Assembly: GCA_002722135.1 (NCBI GenBank)
Contig: PBKJ01000027.1
Coordinates: forward strand, 6,968-70,967
DNA from: Methanobacteriota archaeon
GTDB lineage: Archaea > Thermoplasmatota > Poseidoniia > Poseidoniales > Poseidoniaceae
Direction of reading: 5' to 3'
DNA length: 64,000 nucleotides
The translations under genes were made by a program, and so were the position numbers. Under the pieces are notes generated by a model, which saw only the letters and a list, made by a program, of their open reading frames with translations, had not been told where the DNA came from and made no database searches. This document shows positions 45,534-55,259 of the stretch, piece by piece. How positions within the stretch are numbered: the first letter of the stretch is position 1; each line of letters opens with the position of its first letter.

Positions 45534-48500
45534 TCACTGGTTGTCGGGTTGTTGCTGTGCCAGCCATTGCGGGCCGTAATGCTCCCACTGCTCCATCGTC
45601 CAGCCTTCTGGCAAACCCGTTTCTGGGAGCGGTGGTCCACGATGTTGCTGCACAGGGTGTTCTGCATGCACCGTTTGCGCGACGGTTGCAGGTGGGCCGG
45701 ACGCAGACACAGGAGGGCCGGACGGCGTTGGTTCGGACCCATCCTCCCCGAGGTGTTGGTCATGCTTCCGACGCATCAGGAGTACGGTAATACCGGCTGC
45801 CAAGAGGAGGAGGCCTCCACCGCCAAACGCGATCACGGTTCCATTGAATCCTTCAGGTTCCACAGGCTCCTCCCATGAAAGCGTGGTGGGCGTTGTGACG
45901 AGTTCGACCCCGTCATCCGTCACGACGGTGACAGCAATCTCGCCCATGGCTGGCCCGCCATTTTGGACGACGGTGCACCCGATGTTCCGCTCGACCGTCA
46001 CGATGTGCCCCGCTTCAAGGCTCACGTATGCGGCAGTTTCAGGCCCCAGTGCGCCAATTCCATCGCAGACCACAGCCCATTCAGGTGGATACGAGAAGGT
46101 CATCGAGAGGTTCTCCTCAAACGAGGAAGATGATGCGTATTCAACCGTAAGCTGATGCGATCCTCCGAGGGCTGCTTGTGCGTTGGGAACAATCCAATTC
46201 ACACCCACCTCGCGGCGCTGATCCACTTCGACCAGATGACTCATCTCGAGGGTATACGGCCGGTTTTCATCGTCGAGTCCGCCCTGGACCTTCACTTCGA
46301 CCACGATTCTTGTGCCAAGGGGAGCGGCAGCTGGCACCTGAAGGTCCAGCTGGAAGGTGCGTTCACTTCCGGTTCCTAATCCGATCACGTGGGGTGTATC
46401 AAGGGCCAAGCCTGAACCGTCGTCAATGCTGAGGAAAGTCACCATCTCCGTCAAATCCTGGGTGGACCGAACGGTGACTTCGATGAACACGTCCGAATCA
46501 GGCGCATTCCCCAAATTCATCACCGTTCCGTTGATTGAAACGGTGTCACCTGCTCTCACGGCCGTCATGGTGCTCTCGAGTTCCAATCCGGGTTTTCTCA
46601 CAGGCAGCACCAGCACCTCGAAGTCGTGACGGCTCTGTTCTTCGCTCCCGTCCAAGGCCTGAAGGCCAAGAGTGACCGGCGAACCAGCGGGCGCGTTCGT
46701 TGGAGCAAGGAGCATCAGTTCCAGCGACAAGGGTTGGTCGGCATGTTGCAGTGTGGTCAACTGAACCGGCATGGAGATGTTCTCCTCGTTCACGCGCCAC
46801 CATGTGCTCCACGATGAGGGCAATCCATCGACGATCAGATCAAGGTCCACGTCAGCGTTCCCGAGGTTCGTCACGTTGACGTGAACGCCCGTCGCCACCC
46901 CTGGCATCAGGCGCAACATCTCCACATCTGCCGTCATGTCAATCTCGCGAACTTCGACCACGTCAGGCCCGACCCACCACGGCGATTGTACGGACATGCC
47001 ACTCCGATCCGATTCCATCACGAGTCGTACGTCTGGGGCAACGTCATTGGCCAGAAGGCCAGCAGGTGCCCGAAGCGTGATGGACACGCTGACCGTTGCA
47101 CCAGCCGTCATCACCGCAGATGTGCGGCTCAACGACTCAATCGTCCACTCCGTTGAATCGTCTGAGAGTTCAGCCGTAACGGACAATATATCTGGGCGGT
47201 CGGCCAAATTTTGGACGTCGACCGTCAGAACGGTCGTTGTGCCGGCCTCCACAGGGGTAAATCCGCTGGACAAGGTGAAGTCGAGTTCAGTCACCATCGA
47301 TGCCGCCACATCAACATCGATGGTGTCCGATCTGGTGGTGTCGTTTTGTGCGGTTGCTGTGAGGGTGGACGTGTGCACGGTGTCCGGTTGGGCTCCTGCC
47401 GGCACGGTCAGCAACAAGTCGATTTCCACTTCTTCGCCTGGTCGGACAAGCATGCTGGACGCTTGAGACCATGCGAAGGCGACATCCCAACCGGTTGGAA
47501 GGAGCGCGGTGTCAATCGACAGGTCAAACACGTCAGAGGCACCGCCTTGGTTTCCGAGTGTTACAACAAATGGGCAGGATTGTTGAGCGGGGCACGAAGG
47601 TCTCGATTCTGGTTCCTGCAGAACGGGCAAGCGGTCTGCCAAGACCGTGAAACCGACTGGCCCAGTCGCGTAGACGTCTGGGTGATCGGTGGTGGCGTTG
47701 AAGGTCATCGGGACCAGCCCAACCGTGGCGTTGGCGTCTGGCTTAATCCGGACAGAGACGTCCATCGATGTCCCGGGGAGGAGGTTGAATCCAGAGGCAG
47801 GAACTGAGCTTCCGTCCATGAACGTGGTGTATGTGTCCCACCCCGCTGGCAGGCCTTCCACGCCCGGAACGATGTCGGTTGAGATGTTGCCGTCGTTGAG
47901 GATTCGCAGATCAACGCTGCCCCATGCACCTGGTACGGCTCCCGTTGTTCCCAGTCCTTGGACCTGAACGCCATAGGCTTCGGACCGCGCGGCTTGGTCG
48001 TAGAGAATGACGACCTCGTCCATCCACAAGCCGATGTCCTGAACGCTCGCGTCCGTGTTGAGCGTCCACCGGAACGCTGAGTTCGCGTGGAGATGGCGTG
48101 CCGGTGCAAGTGGGATGACCGGGCTAACGTGACCGCCAGATTCGATGCTAAACGTGTTCCAACTCGCCCCGTCGGTCAGGAAATCCTGATCCACGGTGCC
48201 AGAGTATCCGATGAGCTCTTCCCATGCGCCGGTTGACGTTTTTGCCTCAACGGACACTCGATCAGGAGCCACAACGCTCCCGGTGTAAAAGAAACTGAGG
48301 CCCATCGTGCGGGTCCCAAACGTGAGGCCATCGGCAAAGTTGAGCGTCGGGCTGGTCAACCTCGAAATGGAGTTGGCGCTGTATGTGGACGCGTCACCGT
48401 TTCCAACGTGACACGAGGTGCCGAAAGAAATCGACGTATCTGTGCTGAGCGACCATTCACCGGTGGCCGTCCAATTTTGGAGCGTATCGCAGTTCCAATA

Positions 48501-49019
48501 CGACGCGCCGACCGTCATCCTGCTGTTTCTTTCGTCGTTGCTTGGATTGTCGTCCGGTGTGGCCGACAAGATGTTCACTTGGAGGGAGTGATTGCCCGCG
48601 TAGGTTGGGGTGAATTGGAACTTGACGGTGCCGCTTGATGCGCCAGACACGCTGTTGAGCGGTTCCGTCATGTTCACGATTTCAAACCGCTCGTATTCAT
48701 CGTGAAGCACGAGGAGCCGCACATCGGTCACCGGTGAGGATGTTGTCCCTTTGTTTTCGATGGACACGTCAAGTTCGATGGGCACGTTGACCACGCCATC
48801 GATCACGTACAGGCTTGCAGGTCGATTGAACCCAGGAATTGGATGGTTGGAGGAAAACATCCGATACTTCCCCTCATCCGCGGACGTGGAGTAGGAAAAC
48901 GCAAGATCTCCAACCGACAGGTCCACGCCACTGGAACGGCCCTCTGTGGCTTGTGTCAATGGGGCTGATGCGGCCAACAGCAGACACATGAGGACGGTGG
49001 CCGTCAACCGTTGCCGCAT
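45534..49019 (-). CDS. Giant (~1160 aa) cell-surface protein with a signal peptide, multiple Ig-like/beta-sandwich domains, a C-terminal TM anchor and a Pro-rich cytoplasmic tail
   Basis: Signal peptide MRQRLTATVLMCLLLAASAPLTQA, a long Thr/Ser/Val/Asn-rich beta-type sequence, a C-terminal TM (VIAFGGGGLLLLAAGITVLLM) and then a tail ...PEGWTMEQWEHYGPQWL. Confidence 0.7.
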   Translation of the reverse strand: MRQRLTATVLMCLLLAASAPLTQATEGRSSGVDLSVGDLAFSYSTSADEGKYRMFSSNHPIPGFNRPASLYVIDGVVNVPIELDVSIENKGTTSSPVTDVRLLVLHDEYERFEIVNMTEPLNSVSGASSGTVKFQFTPTYAGNHSLQVNILSATPDDNPSNDERNSRMTVGASYWNCDTLQNWTATGEWSLSTDTSISFGTSCHVGNGDASTYSANSISRLTSPTLNFADGLTFGTRTMGLSFFYTGSVVAPDRVSVEAKTSTGAWEELIGYSGTVDQDFLTDGASWNTFSIESGGHVSPVIPLAPARHLHANSAFRWTLNTDASVQDIGLWMDEVVILYDQAARSEAYGVQVQGLGTTGAVPGAWGSVDLRILNDGNISTDIVPGVEGLPAGWDTYTTFMDGSSVPASGFNLLPGTSMDVSVRIKPDANATVGLVPMTFNATTDHPDVYATGPVGFTVLADRLPVLQEPESRPSCPAQQSCPFVVTLGNQGGASDVFDLSIDTALLPTGWDVAFAWSQASSMLVRPGEEVEIDLLLTVPAGAQPDTVHTSTLTATAQNDTTRSDTIDVDVAASMVTELDFTLSSGFTPVEAGTTTVLTVDVQNLADRPDILSVTAELSDDSTEWTIESLSRTSAVMTAGATVSVSITLRAPAGLLANDVAPDVRLVMESDRSGMSVQSPWWVGPDVVEVREIDMTADVEMLRLMPGVATGVHVNVTNLGNADVDLDLIVDGLPSSWSTWWRVNEENISMPVQLTTLQHADQPLSLELMLLAPTNAPAGSPVTLGLQALDGSEEQSRHDFEVLVLPVRKPGLELESTMTAVRAGDTVSINGTVMNLGNAPDSDVFIEVTVRSTQDLTEMVTFLSIDDGSGLALDTPHVIGLGTGSERTFQLDLQVPAAAPLGTRIVVEVKVQGGLDDENRPYTLEMSHLVEVDQRREVGVNWIVPNAQAALGGSHQLTVEYASSSSFEENLSMTFSYPPEWAVVCDGIGALGPETAAYVSLEAGHIVTVERNIGCTVVQNGGPAMGEIAVTVVTDDGVELVTTPTTLSWEEPVEPEGFNGTVIAFGGGGLLLLAAGITVLLMRRKHDQHLGEDGSEPTPSGPPVSASGPPATVAQTVHAEHPVQQHRGPPLPETGLPEGWTMEQWEHYGPQWLAQQQPDNQ

Positions 49020-49040
49020 GACCTGAGAACACCGCTGACC

Positions 49041-49048
49041 TATTTATC
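49041..49048 (-). promoter_or_regulatory. Candidate TATA box for the giant surface-protein gene (a leaderless-type arrangement)
   Basis: The minus-strand sense reads GATAAATAGG with the TATA centred ~25 nt upstream of the ATG at 49019. This places the transcription start at or next to the start codon. Confidence 0.35.
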
Positions 49049-49087
49049 GGGCGCGGCGATTTTCGAGGCTCATTTTTGCCAAAGCAG

Positions 49088-49903
49088 TCAGGATTCAACC
49101 ACGTCTGCTGCTTCGGCTTCAGCCAATTTAGCCTCGTCCGCTCGCTCACGGCGCCGGGACACGGCATAGATGGCAAAGGCAGGGAGAAGCACGATGGCGA
49201 AGCAGGCAAAAACAGCGGTCAGCGCCCATACAAACTCCGATGCCACATCGACGGTGAACGGAACCACAGGCCCGAGTTCTTCGTTGACCATTTCGATGGT
49301 CAGCGTCGGCGTTGTGCTGCGGTTGCCGGGTTCAACGATGGTCACACGAAGCACCGCTGAGCCGTGCCGGTTGTTCACGATCTCGGCGGCCATCTCCTCT
49401 GCTTGTTCCTGGCTTTCAGCCACAACCGTTCCGTTGGAGCGGGCACCGGGTTCCGTTACGGCGAGGCCGCGATACACGGCATCACCGTCTTGTTCGTCCA
49501 ACGTTGTGCTTTCATTGCGTTGGCAATCTTCGGAGCAGGAGAAATCGGTGGCATCTTCGGCGCCCAGCAACGAATGCGTCCAAAGGCCAGCTGCATCGAA
49601 CACGGTCAACGTCGCACCAGGCGCCAGTTCCTGCGCCGTGACGTTAACCCATGTGAGGTTGTTGCGATCGATGGTCACGTTCGAGGACCATGTGGTGGTG
49701 GAATCCTCTTCGTCGTACTCGCGCTCGAAGCTCATCCCATCGTCGCTGGATTGGGTCGTGGACGTCGCTTCGGTGGTGTACGTGTAATACGCCGTGTCAA
49801 TGGTGTTGGCGTAAACGGCGTACGAGAGCATGAAAATGAGGGTGAATGATAGGCCGAGAAGGGTGCGCAGGAGGTTCGGGTTTTGAGCCAGCGCCTTCCT
49901 CAT
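49088..49903 (-). CDS. Membrane protein with N-terminal and C-terminal TM helices and an acidic Thr-rich ectodomain
   Basis: TM at LLRTLLGLSFTLIFMLSYAVY and a C-terminal TM ALTAVFACFAIVLLPAFAIYAV. The start was set at an internal Met so that a promoter region remains between it and the divergent rps19e. Confidence 0.5.
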   Translation of the reverse strand: MRKALAQNPNLLRTLLGLSFTLIFMLSYAVYANTIDTAYYTYTTEATSTTQSSDDGMSFEREYDEEDSTTTWSSNVTIDRNNLTWVNVTAQELAPGATLTVFDAAGLWTHSLLGAEDATDFSCSEDCQRNESTTLDEQDGDAVYRGLAVTEPGARSNGTVVAESQEQAEEMAAEIVNNRHGSAVLRVTIVEPGNRSTTPTLTIEMVNEELGPVVPFTVDVASEFVWALTAVFACFAIVLLPAFAIYAVSRRRERADEAKLAEAEAADVVES

Positions 49904-50030
49904 GCTGTTTTGGTCTTCCCCACCGTTCAAGAACATGTTCACAACGCCACAGAACAGGGGCGACGCTCGCGGGTCTTGTCCCGTCGCTTTCATATAGGGG
50001 CGTTCGGTCGCCCGAATGCTCGGTGTTCCT

Positions 50031-50522
50031 ATGACGACGTATCACGACGTTCCCGCGGACATGTTCATCCCCGCTCTGGCCGACCGGCTGGGGGACGTCG
50101 AGGCCATCGTGGCCCCAGAATGGGCCGCGTACGTCAAGACCGGAGTGACGCGTGAACGGCCCCCCACGCAAGAGAACTGGTGGCACCTCCGCGCGGCCGC
50201 GGTGCTTCGCAAAGTGGCCCGACGAGGCCCCATCGGCATCACCGCGCTCTCACAATCCTTTGGTGGCTACAAGGACAACGGATCCATGCCCAACACGCCA
50301 GCGGCCGGTTCGCGACACGTCATTCGCACCGCGATGCAGCAGCTCGAAGCAGCGGGCTTGGTCGAATTGGTCGAGCTCAAGCCCACCGAGAGCGTGGACG
50401 GCGAACAGATGCTCTACAAGGGCCGCGTCATCACCGGAGCCGGCCAGAAAATCATGGACGAAGTCGCCCATGCTGTCCTTCCGCAAGCCCTGGAGGCCTA
50501 CCCGGGCCTCGACAAGTACTGA
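50031..50522 (+). CDS. rps19e: Ribosomal protein S19e
   Basis: MTTYHDVPADMFIPALADRL...WWHLRAAAVLRKV is the S19e family pattern. Confidence 0.85.
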   Translation: MTTYHDVPADMFIPALADRLGDVEAIVAPEWAAYVKTGVTRERPPTQENWWHLRAAAVLRKVARRGPIGITALSQSFGGYKDNGSMPNTPAAGSRHVIRTAMQQLEAAGLVELVELKPTESVDGEQMLYKGRVITGAGQKIMDEVAHAVLPQALEAYPGLDKY

Positions 50523-50531
50523 GGTGAAATC

Positions 50532-50687
50532 ATGTCCAAGATCAAGCCCACTGCAAAGAAAGCCCGCCTCATGAAGGTCGGCAAGCAGAACCGCCGCGTT
50601 CCCGTTTGGGTGATGCTCAAGACCAACCGGAAGACGGTCAGTCACCCAAAGCGCCATCACTGGCGCCGCAGCAAGCTCCAGCGATGA
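50532..50687 (+). CDS. rpl39e: Ribosomal protein L39e
   Basis: A 51-aa ORF (below the track's 60-aa cutoff) [51 protein letters not shown], the classic L39e sequence. Confidence 0.85.
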   Translation: MSKIKPTAKKARLMKVGKQNRRVPVWVMLKTNRKTVSHPKRHHWRRSKLQR

Positions 50688-50696
50688 GGTGTTTTC

Positions 50697-50972
50697 ATGG
50701 TTCGTGCAGCAGTTTCTGAACTCACAGTTCCTTTGCGCAACGCGTGGAACATCACCCGATACAAGCGCGCGCCCCGCGCCATCCAAATCATTCGGAATGA
50801 AGTCATTCGACACCTCAAGGTGACCCCAGAGGAAGAGATCTACATCGACCCCTCTGTGAACGAGCACATCTGGGCACGAGGCATCGAGAACCCACCTCGC
50901 AAAATCAAGCTCCAAGTGACCCGTCACGACGAGCCTGACTTCCCAATTGAGGTAACCCTCGCACAGGAGTGA
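50697..50972 (+). CDS. rpl31e: Ribosomal protein L31e
   Basis: ...ITRYKRAPRAIQIIRNEVIRHLK...KIKLQVTRHDE is the L31e pattern. Confidence 0.85.
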   Translation: MVRAAVSELTVPLRNAWNITRYKRAPRAIQIIRNEVIRHLKVTPEEEIYIDPSVNEHIWARGIENPPRKIKLQVTRHDEPDFPIEVTLAQE

Positions 50973-51169
50973 TTCGCATGGGCAACATCCGACCGAGTTT
51001 CATCAAAATCCGCGCCATCGCGCTCGTCGAGCAACACGGCGAGAAGTTCACCGAAGACTTCGACCACAACAAGCGCATGGTGCAGCAGTTGACCGACGTC
51101 GACTCCAAGAAGCTCCGCAATTGGATTGCCGGCTACGTCACGCGGTACCGCCAGCGACGAACCGACTGA
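50969..51169 (+). CDS. rps17e: Ribosomal protein S17e
   Basis: MGNIRPSFIKIRAIALVEQHGEKFTEDFDHNKRMV...KKLRNWIAGYVTR matches archaeal S17e (MGKIRQ.FIKR.A.EL...F..DFE.NK..V......SKK.RN.IAGY.T). It overlaps rpl31e by ATGA. Confidence 0.8.
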   Translation: MIRMGNIRPSFIKIRAIALVEQHGEKFTEDFDHNKRMVQQLTDVDSKKLRNWIAGYVTRYRQRRTD

Positions 51170-51178
51170 GGTCGGTCC

Positions 51179-51400
51179 ATGACCCACCACATCCGCGTCG
51201 ATTGGGCGCAGGATCCTGTCAGCCTTCACGCCGAATCGGTTGATCTGCTGAACCAACTCTTTGCAATCCTCCGTGAACAGCACGGCCTCAAGAAGCGGTC
51301 CATTCCAATGCCCGATCACGAAAACGGCGGATTCGTGGCTTTTCTGTACGCTCCCATCGATCCCCGGGTGCTGGCGGCGGCCATCGAGGAGGTCGCTTGA
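51179..51400 (+). CDS. Small hypothetical protein (73 aa) coupled to the SpoU methyltransferase gene
   Basis: An ORF directly abutting the next gene's ATG. I recognised no family. Confidence 0.4.
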   Translation: MTHHIRVDWAQDPVSLHAESVDLLNQLFAILREQHGLKKRSIPMPDHENGGFVAFLYAPIDPRVLAAAIEEVA

Positions 51401-52240
51401 ATGGGTCAGCGGAGCGACATACCTCTGCCCACCGATCCATACCGGTTTACGGTGGTTCTCGTCGGAACATCGCATGCAGGTAACCTCGGTGCCGTGTGCC
51501 GCGGGATGCTGAATCATGGCTTTGATCGCCTCCGACTGGTCCATCCACAATGCGACATCGACGACGAGGCGCGGAACCGAGCGAAACATGCGGGTCGTAT
51601 CCTCGACGATGCCGAGATCTACAGCACGCTTGACGAGGCCGTGTCGGACGCCACCTTGGTGGTGGGCACGTCCGGCAAGCGGGAGCTTGGGAGGAAAACG
51701 GTGTTTCGCCACTTCATGTACCCGTGGGACCTCGCGAGCCGAATTGAAGGGGGCGAAGGGCATGTTGCGCTCGTGTTTGGAGAGGAAGGAAAGGGCCTCT
51801 CACATGAAGACCTGGAGCGTTGTGACGTGCTGGCCACCCTTCCGACCTGGGAAGGTTACCCGATTGCAAACCTCAGCCATGCCGTGACGATTTTTCTCTA
51901 CGAACTCCATCGAACTCGGGTGTTGCAGCGGCAAGGTCAAGATCCTGCTTTGCCAAACGTCGTTCCGCTTGAAGTTCGTACCAACCCGCAAATCAGGCAA
52001 GCGTTCCGTGACAGCGTCGAACAATTCTCTGAGGTCCTTCCTGGTCTCGAAGAGCGACGCGTCAGCGTTCGTCAAGCCCTGAACCGAATGGCCGCTCGTT
52101 CAGCCGTATCGGACGATGAGATGACACGGCTTCTTGGGGCGTATTTGGATGCGACCACCGCCTTGCAGCGCGTGTCCGGCGATGAGGCCTGGTCGAAGCA
52201 TCGCCGCCGTCGACTTCCATCCCGGCAGGACGAAGATTAG
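51401..52240 (+). CDS. SpoU/TrmH-family RNA 2'-O-methyltransferase (TrmJ/LasT-like)
   Basis: SPOUT motifs VVLVGTSHAGNLGAVCRGMLNHG, VALVFGEEGKGLS and LSHAVTIFLYEL. Confidence 0.75.
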   Translation: MGQRSDIPLPTDPYRFTVVLVGTSHAGNLGAVCRGMLNHGFDRLRLVHPQCDIDDEARNRAKHAGRILDDAEIYSTLDEAVSDATLVVGTSGKRELGRKTVFRHFMYPWDLASRIEGGEGHVALVFGEEGKGLSHEDLERCDVLATLPTWEGYPIANLSHAVTIFLYELHRTRVLQRQGQDPALPNVVPLEVRTNPQIRQAFRDSVEQFSEVLPGLEERRVSVRQALNRMAARSAVSDDEMTRLLGAYLDATTALQRVSGDEAWSKHRRRRLPSRQDED

Positions 52241-52686
52241 GGACGGTACGTCGCCCAAGACTTCGGCGTTTCCCGGACATGCAGTGCTTCCAACCGAAGG
52301 CGGTCGCCGTAGCTTTCGTGCAACGCCTTGGCAACCCGAGCGTAGGCCCAGGCCGCCAGATGCTCGGCCGTTGGAGGAAAGGGAAGGATCACCGTGCGGT
52401 GATCAGGCCCCATCGCTTCGCACGCCGCTCGTCCCGCGGCATCTGTATCTTGGATGAGGAACGCGTGATCAACGACATCATGAATTTCTTCGGTGAGGAT
52501 GCGGGATACATCGCTGAAATCGAGGACCATGCCGTCATCTGGGGCCTGGGGATCCCCGACCAATTCGCCACTGATTTCGGCCTCGAATCGGTATCTGTGT
52601 CCATGGAGATGGGCACACTTGCTGCTGTGGTTTGGCACACGGTGGCCGGTGTCGGTTTCGACCCAACGGCGTATGGTGGTCGTCAT
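52237..52686 (-). CDS. queD: 6-carboxy-5,6,7,8-tetrahydropterin synthase (QueD / PTPS family)
   Basis: The CxxxHGH zinc motif (CAHLHGHRY) and a C-terminal catalytic His/Glu region. It overlaps msrB by 4 nt. Confidence 0.8.
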   Translation of the reverse strand: MTTTIRRWVETDTGHRVPNHSSKCAHLHGHRYRFEAEISGELVGDPQAPDDGMVLDFSDVSRILTEEIHDVVDHAFLIQDTDAAGRAACEAMGPDHRTVILPFPPTAEHLAAWAYARVAKALHESYGDRLRLEALHVRETPKSWATYRP

Positions 52687-53078
52687 GATTCATCCTCCTC
52701 AAAGGTCAGGCACACGGAATTGATGCAATACCGTTCTCCTCCATGCTGTCGTGGCCCATCGTTGAAGACATGCCCCAAATGAGCATCACAACCGGAGCAC
52801 CGGACTTCTGTTCGTACCATGCCATGCGAGCGATCCTCGATGCGCACGATGTTCGCCTCATCTGCTTCGGTGTGGAATGCAGGCCAGCCGCATCCGCTGT
52901 GGAATTTGGAGACAGAGGTGAACAGAACTCGCCCACAACACACACATCGGTACGTGCCCTTCCTTGATTCGTTCAGCAAGGCACCGGTGTACGGCCGTTC
53001 GGTGCCTGCTTCGCGCGTGACGTGGTACACCAACGGTGGGAGCAGCGCGCGCCATTCCTCTTCGGATTTCGTGATCAC
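52683..53078 (-). CDS. msrB: Peptide-methionine (R)-S-oxide reductase MsrB
   Basis: Two CxxC zinc motifs (CVCCG, CSGCDAH) and the catalytic RYCINS. Confidence 0.85.
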   Translation of the reverse strand: MITKSEEEWRALLPPLVYHVTREAGTERPYTGALLNESRKGTYRCVCCGRVLFTSVSKFHSGCGWPAFHTEADEANIVRIEDRSHGMVRTEVRCSGCDAHLGHVFNDGPRQHGGERYCINSVCLTFEEDES

Positions 53079-53863
53079 AGTTGACCCTCCTCATGCTCGC
53101 GTTGAAGGGCAAGGGCGTGTTCGAGCACATCTGGCCAAGGACGAACGTATGGAATGGGATCCACACGGCCGATTTCATGGAACGCCAGGATACGTTCCAC
53201 GTCCGATCCCGTCGTACCCAGCGATCGACCGTCAGGGTCAGGTGCATAGGACGTCAGCGTGTTCGACAGAACGGCGTCAAAGTCCAATCCTAATGCGTCA
53301 CAGGACGAGAGGCCGTCTCGGAGGATGCCTGCCTTGTCGGTATGGAGGTAAGGCAAATCGAAGTTCACGTGTTCTGCGTCCCAATTCCCAACCTTGAACG
53401 CGTGTTCGATGGCGGTGTAGAACGCTGGCCGACAGTCGGGGTAAATCGCATGATCGCCGCTGTGGACCCCCAGTGCAATCCTGGCGTGGCCCTTGTGTTG
53501 TTTTGAAAGGCTGAGGGCCGTGGCAAACAGCAGTGAACTGAAGATGGCGTTTCTGTTTGGTACCACGGTTTGCTTCATTTGTTCCTCGGCATAGTGGCCT
53601 TCTGGCATCGCTGCGTCGTGGTTGGTCAAGGATGAATCGAGGGCACTCATGGCACTTCTGAGATCAACGAGGTTGTAGGTGACGTCATGCCCATGCTTCT
53701 GAAGCAACTCGACGTTCCGCTGAGCGAGTTCGAGTTCCCGTCGATGCCGCTGGCCATAATCGATGCCGAGCGCTGTGACGGCGTGTCCTTCAGCCAGGAG
53801 CCGGAGCAACAAGCACGTCGAATCCATGCCGCCTGAGAGGGCCATCACAGCAGGTGGTAGCAT
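53075..53863 (-). CDS. queC: 7-cyano-7-deazaguanine synthase QueC
   Basis: The PP-loop SGGMDS and a C-terminal zinc-binding Cys cluster region. The start was set at [15 protein letters not shown]. Confidence 0.85.
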   Translation of the reverse strand: MLPPAVMALSGGMDSTCLLLRLLAEGHAVTALGIDYGQRHRRELELAQRNVELLQKHGHDVTYNLVDLRSAMSALDSSLTNHDAAMPEGHYAEEQMKQTVVPNRNAIFSSLLFATALSLSKQHKGHARIALGVHSGDHAIYPDCRPAFYTAIEHAFKVGNWDAEHVNFDLPYLHTDKAGILRDGLSSCDALGLDFDAVLSNTLTSYAPDPDGRSLGTTGSDVERILAFHEIGRVDPIPYVRPWPDVLEHALALQREHEEGQL

Positions 53864-54459
53864 CAATCCACCCCCATCCACTTGTGCGTTTGTAGGGAAA
53901 GGCGCCATCCTTGTGCTTGCTTCACGAGCGCCTCCACTGCGGCAAATGCACGCCCGTTTGCTTCAACGGTGTCCGTGTCGATGTAGCAAGGTTGGAGGAA
54001 CAAGTGATTGAATCCCGATTTGAGGTCGTCGTACATCGCTAGATCTTGGCCGACGTAGACCACCTTGAGTTCGTCACCTACCGTTTGTCGGATTTTGACG
54101 TCAGGATACATCTGATCTTTCGGAGAGACACAGATCCAATCGATGATGGGGTCAACTTCAACGGTTCCGTTCGTTTCGATGGACAGTGAGCATCCCGCTT
54201 CCTTGAGCACACGCCCGAGCGGGGCAAGGTCCTGAAGCGCAGGCTCGCCGCCGGTGAATATGACACGTGAGCATTCGTAGCCAAGCACCTGGTCCACGAT
54301 GTCATCGAGTGCCATGTCCTCATAGGTCAGAAAATCAGTGTCGCACCACGAGCAGCGAAGGTTGCAGTTTCCAAACCGGACAAAGACGTGTGGGATACCC
54401 GCGTGGTACCCTTCACCTTGAACCGAATGGAAGATTTCGACGATCGGATAGGTGACCAT
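53863..54459 (-). CDS. queE: 7-carboxy-7-deazaguanine synthase QueE (radical SAM)
   Basis: MVTYPIVEIFHSVQGEGYHAG...RFGNCNLRCSWCDT is the QueE-type CX14CxxC radical SAM motif. The start was set at the internal Met. Confidence 0.8.
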   Translation of the reverse strand: MVTYPIVEIFHSVQGEGYHAGIPHVFVRFGNCNLRCSWCDTDFLTYEDMALDDIVDQVLGYECSRVIFTGGEPALQDLAPLGRVLKEAGCSLSIETNGTVEVDPIIDWICVSPKDQMYPDVKIRQTVGDELKVVYVGQDLAMYDDLKSGFNHLFLQPCYIDTDTVEANGRAFAAVEALVKQAQGWRLSLQTHKWMGVD

Positions 54460-54469
54460 TGCGGACACC

Positions 54470-55042
54470 TCAGGGCTGTGCACGTCGGATGAGCTGCATG
54501 ACTTCGGAGCGCGCTTCCGCCTTATCGAAGAACACACCCCGCATGGCGCTTGTTGTCATCGTGGCGTTTTGCTTCATCACGCCACGGCAGCGCATGCAAC
54601 CATGGTGGGCTTCGAGAATGACCGCTGATCCAAGGGGTTGCAGGTGGTGTTCGAGATCGTCAGCAATGGATTTGGTGATGCGCTCCTGATTCTGCAATCG
54701 ACGTGCGTGCAAATCGACCAGTCGAGCTAACTTGCTGATGCCCACAATGCGATCGACCGGAATGTAGGCCACATGCGCGTGACCAGAAAACGGTTGCAGG
54801 TGGTGCTCACAGGTGCTGTGGAATTCGATGTTGCTCAGGAGCACGATCCCGTCGTAGCCTTCGCCGTTGAAGGTGGCTGTGAGGATGGACGAGGCATCGC
54901 CCTTGTACCCTGCAAAAATTTCGTCCCACGCTTCAATCACGCGTTCTGGCGTACGGTCCGTTCCTTCGCGCCCTTCGTCGCCCTCGAGGTAGTTGAGCAG
55001 CGTTCGCACAGCCAGTTCGGCCTCATCGCGGGAGACCATCAC
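54470..55042 (-). CDS. folE: GTP cyclohydrolase I FolE
   Basis: STCEHHLQPF and HHGCMRCRGV are the FolE zinc/catalytic motifs. Confidence 0.85.
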   Translation of the reverse strand: MMVSRDEAELAVRTLLNYLEGDEGREGTDRTPERVIEAWDEIFAGYKGDASSILTATFNGEGYDGIVLLSNIEFHSTCEHHLQPFSGHAHVAYIPVDRIVGISKLARLVDLHARRLQNQERITKSIADDLEHHLQPLGSAVILEAHHGCMRCRGVMKQNATMTTSAMRGVFFDKAEARSEVMQLIRRAQP

Positions 55043-55215
55043 GCATCGCCTCCTCGACGCCCGGCACGCATGTCCACATCATCCAAATGATCCAGCATCT
55101 TTCTGCAGGCGGTACGGATGGCATCGGCCAGGCTCACGAATTTCCCATCATCGCCGACGTGCTGCTCAAGGTCGCTTTTCAGCTCGAGTGGCATGTCGAG
55201 TGACACCTTCGGCAT
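55039..55215 (-). CDS. Small ribbon-helix-helix/CopG-like protein (58 aa) translationally coupled to folE
   Basis: An ORF below the track cutoff: MPKVSLDMPLELKSDLEQHVGDDGKFVSLADAIRTACRKMLDHLDD.... It has a beta-strand followed by two helices as in RHH. Its stop overlaps the folE start. Confidence 0.45.
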   Translation of the reverse strand: MPKVSLDMPLELKSDLEQHVGDDGKFVSLADAIRTACRKMLDHLDDVDMRAGRRGGDA

Positions 55216-55259
55216 GCATTGCGCTGCCCACCTGTATTCTTAGAGTATTCGCAGGCTAT

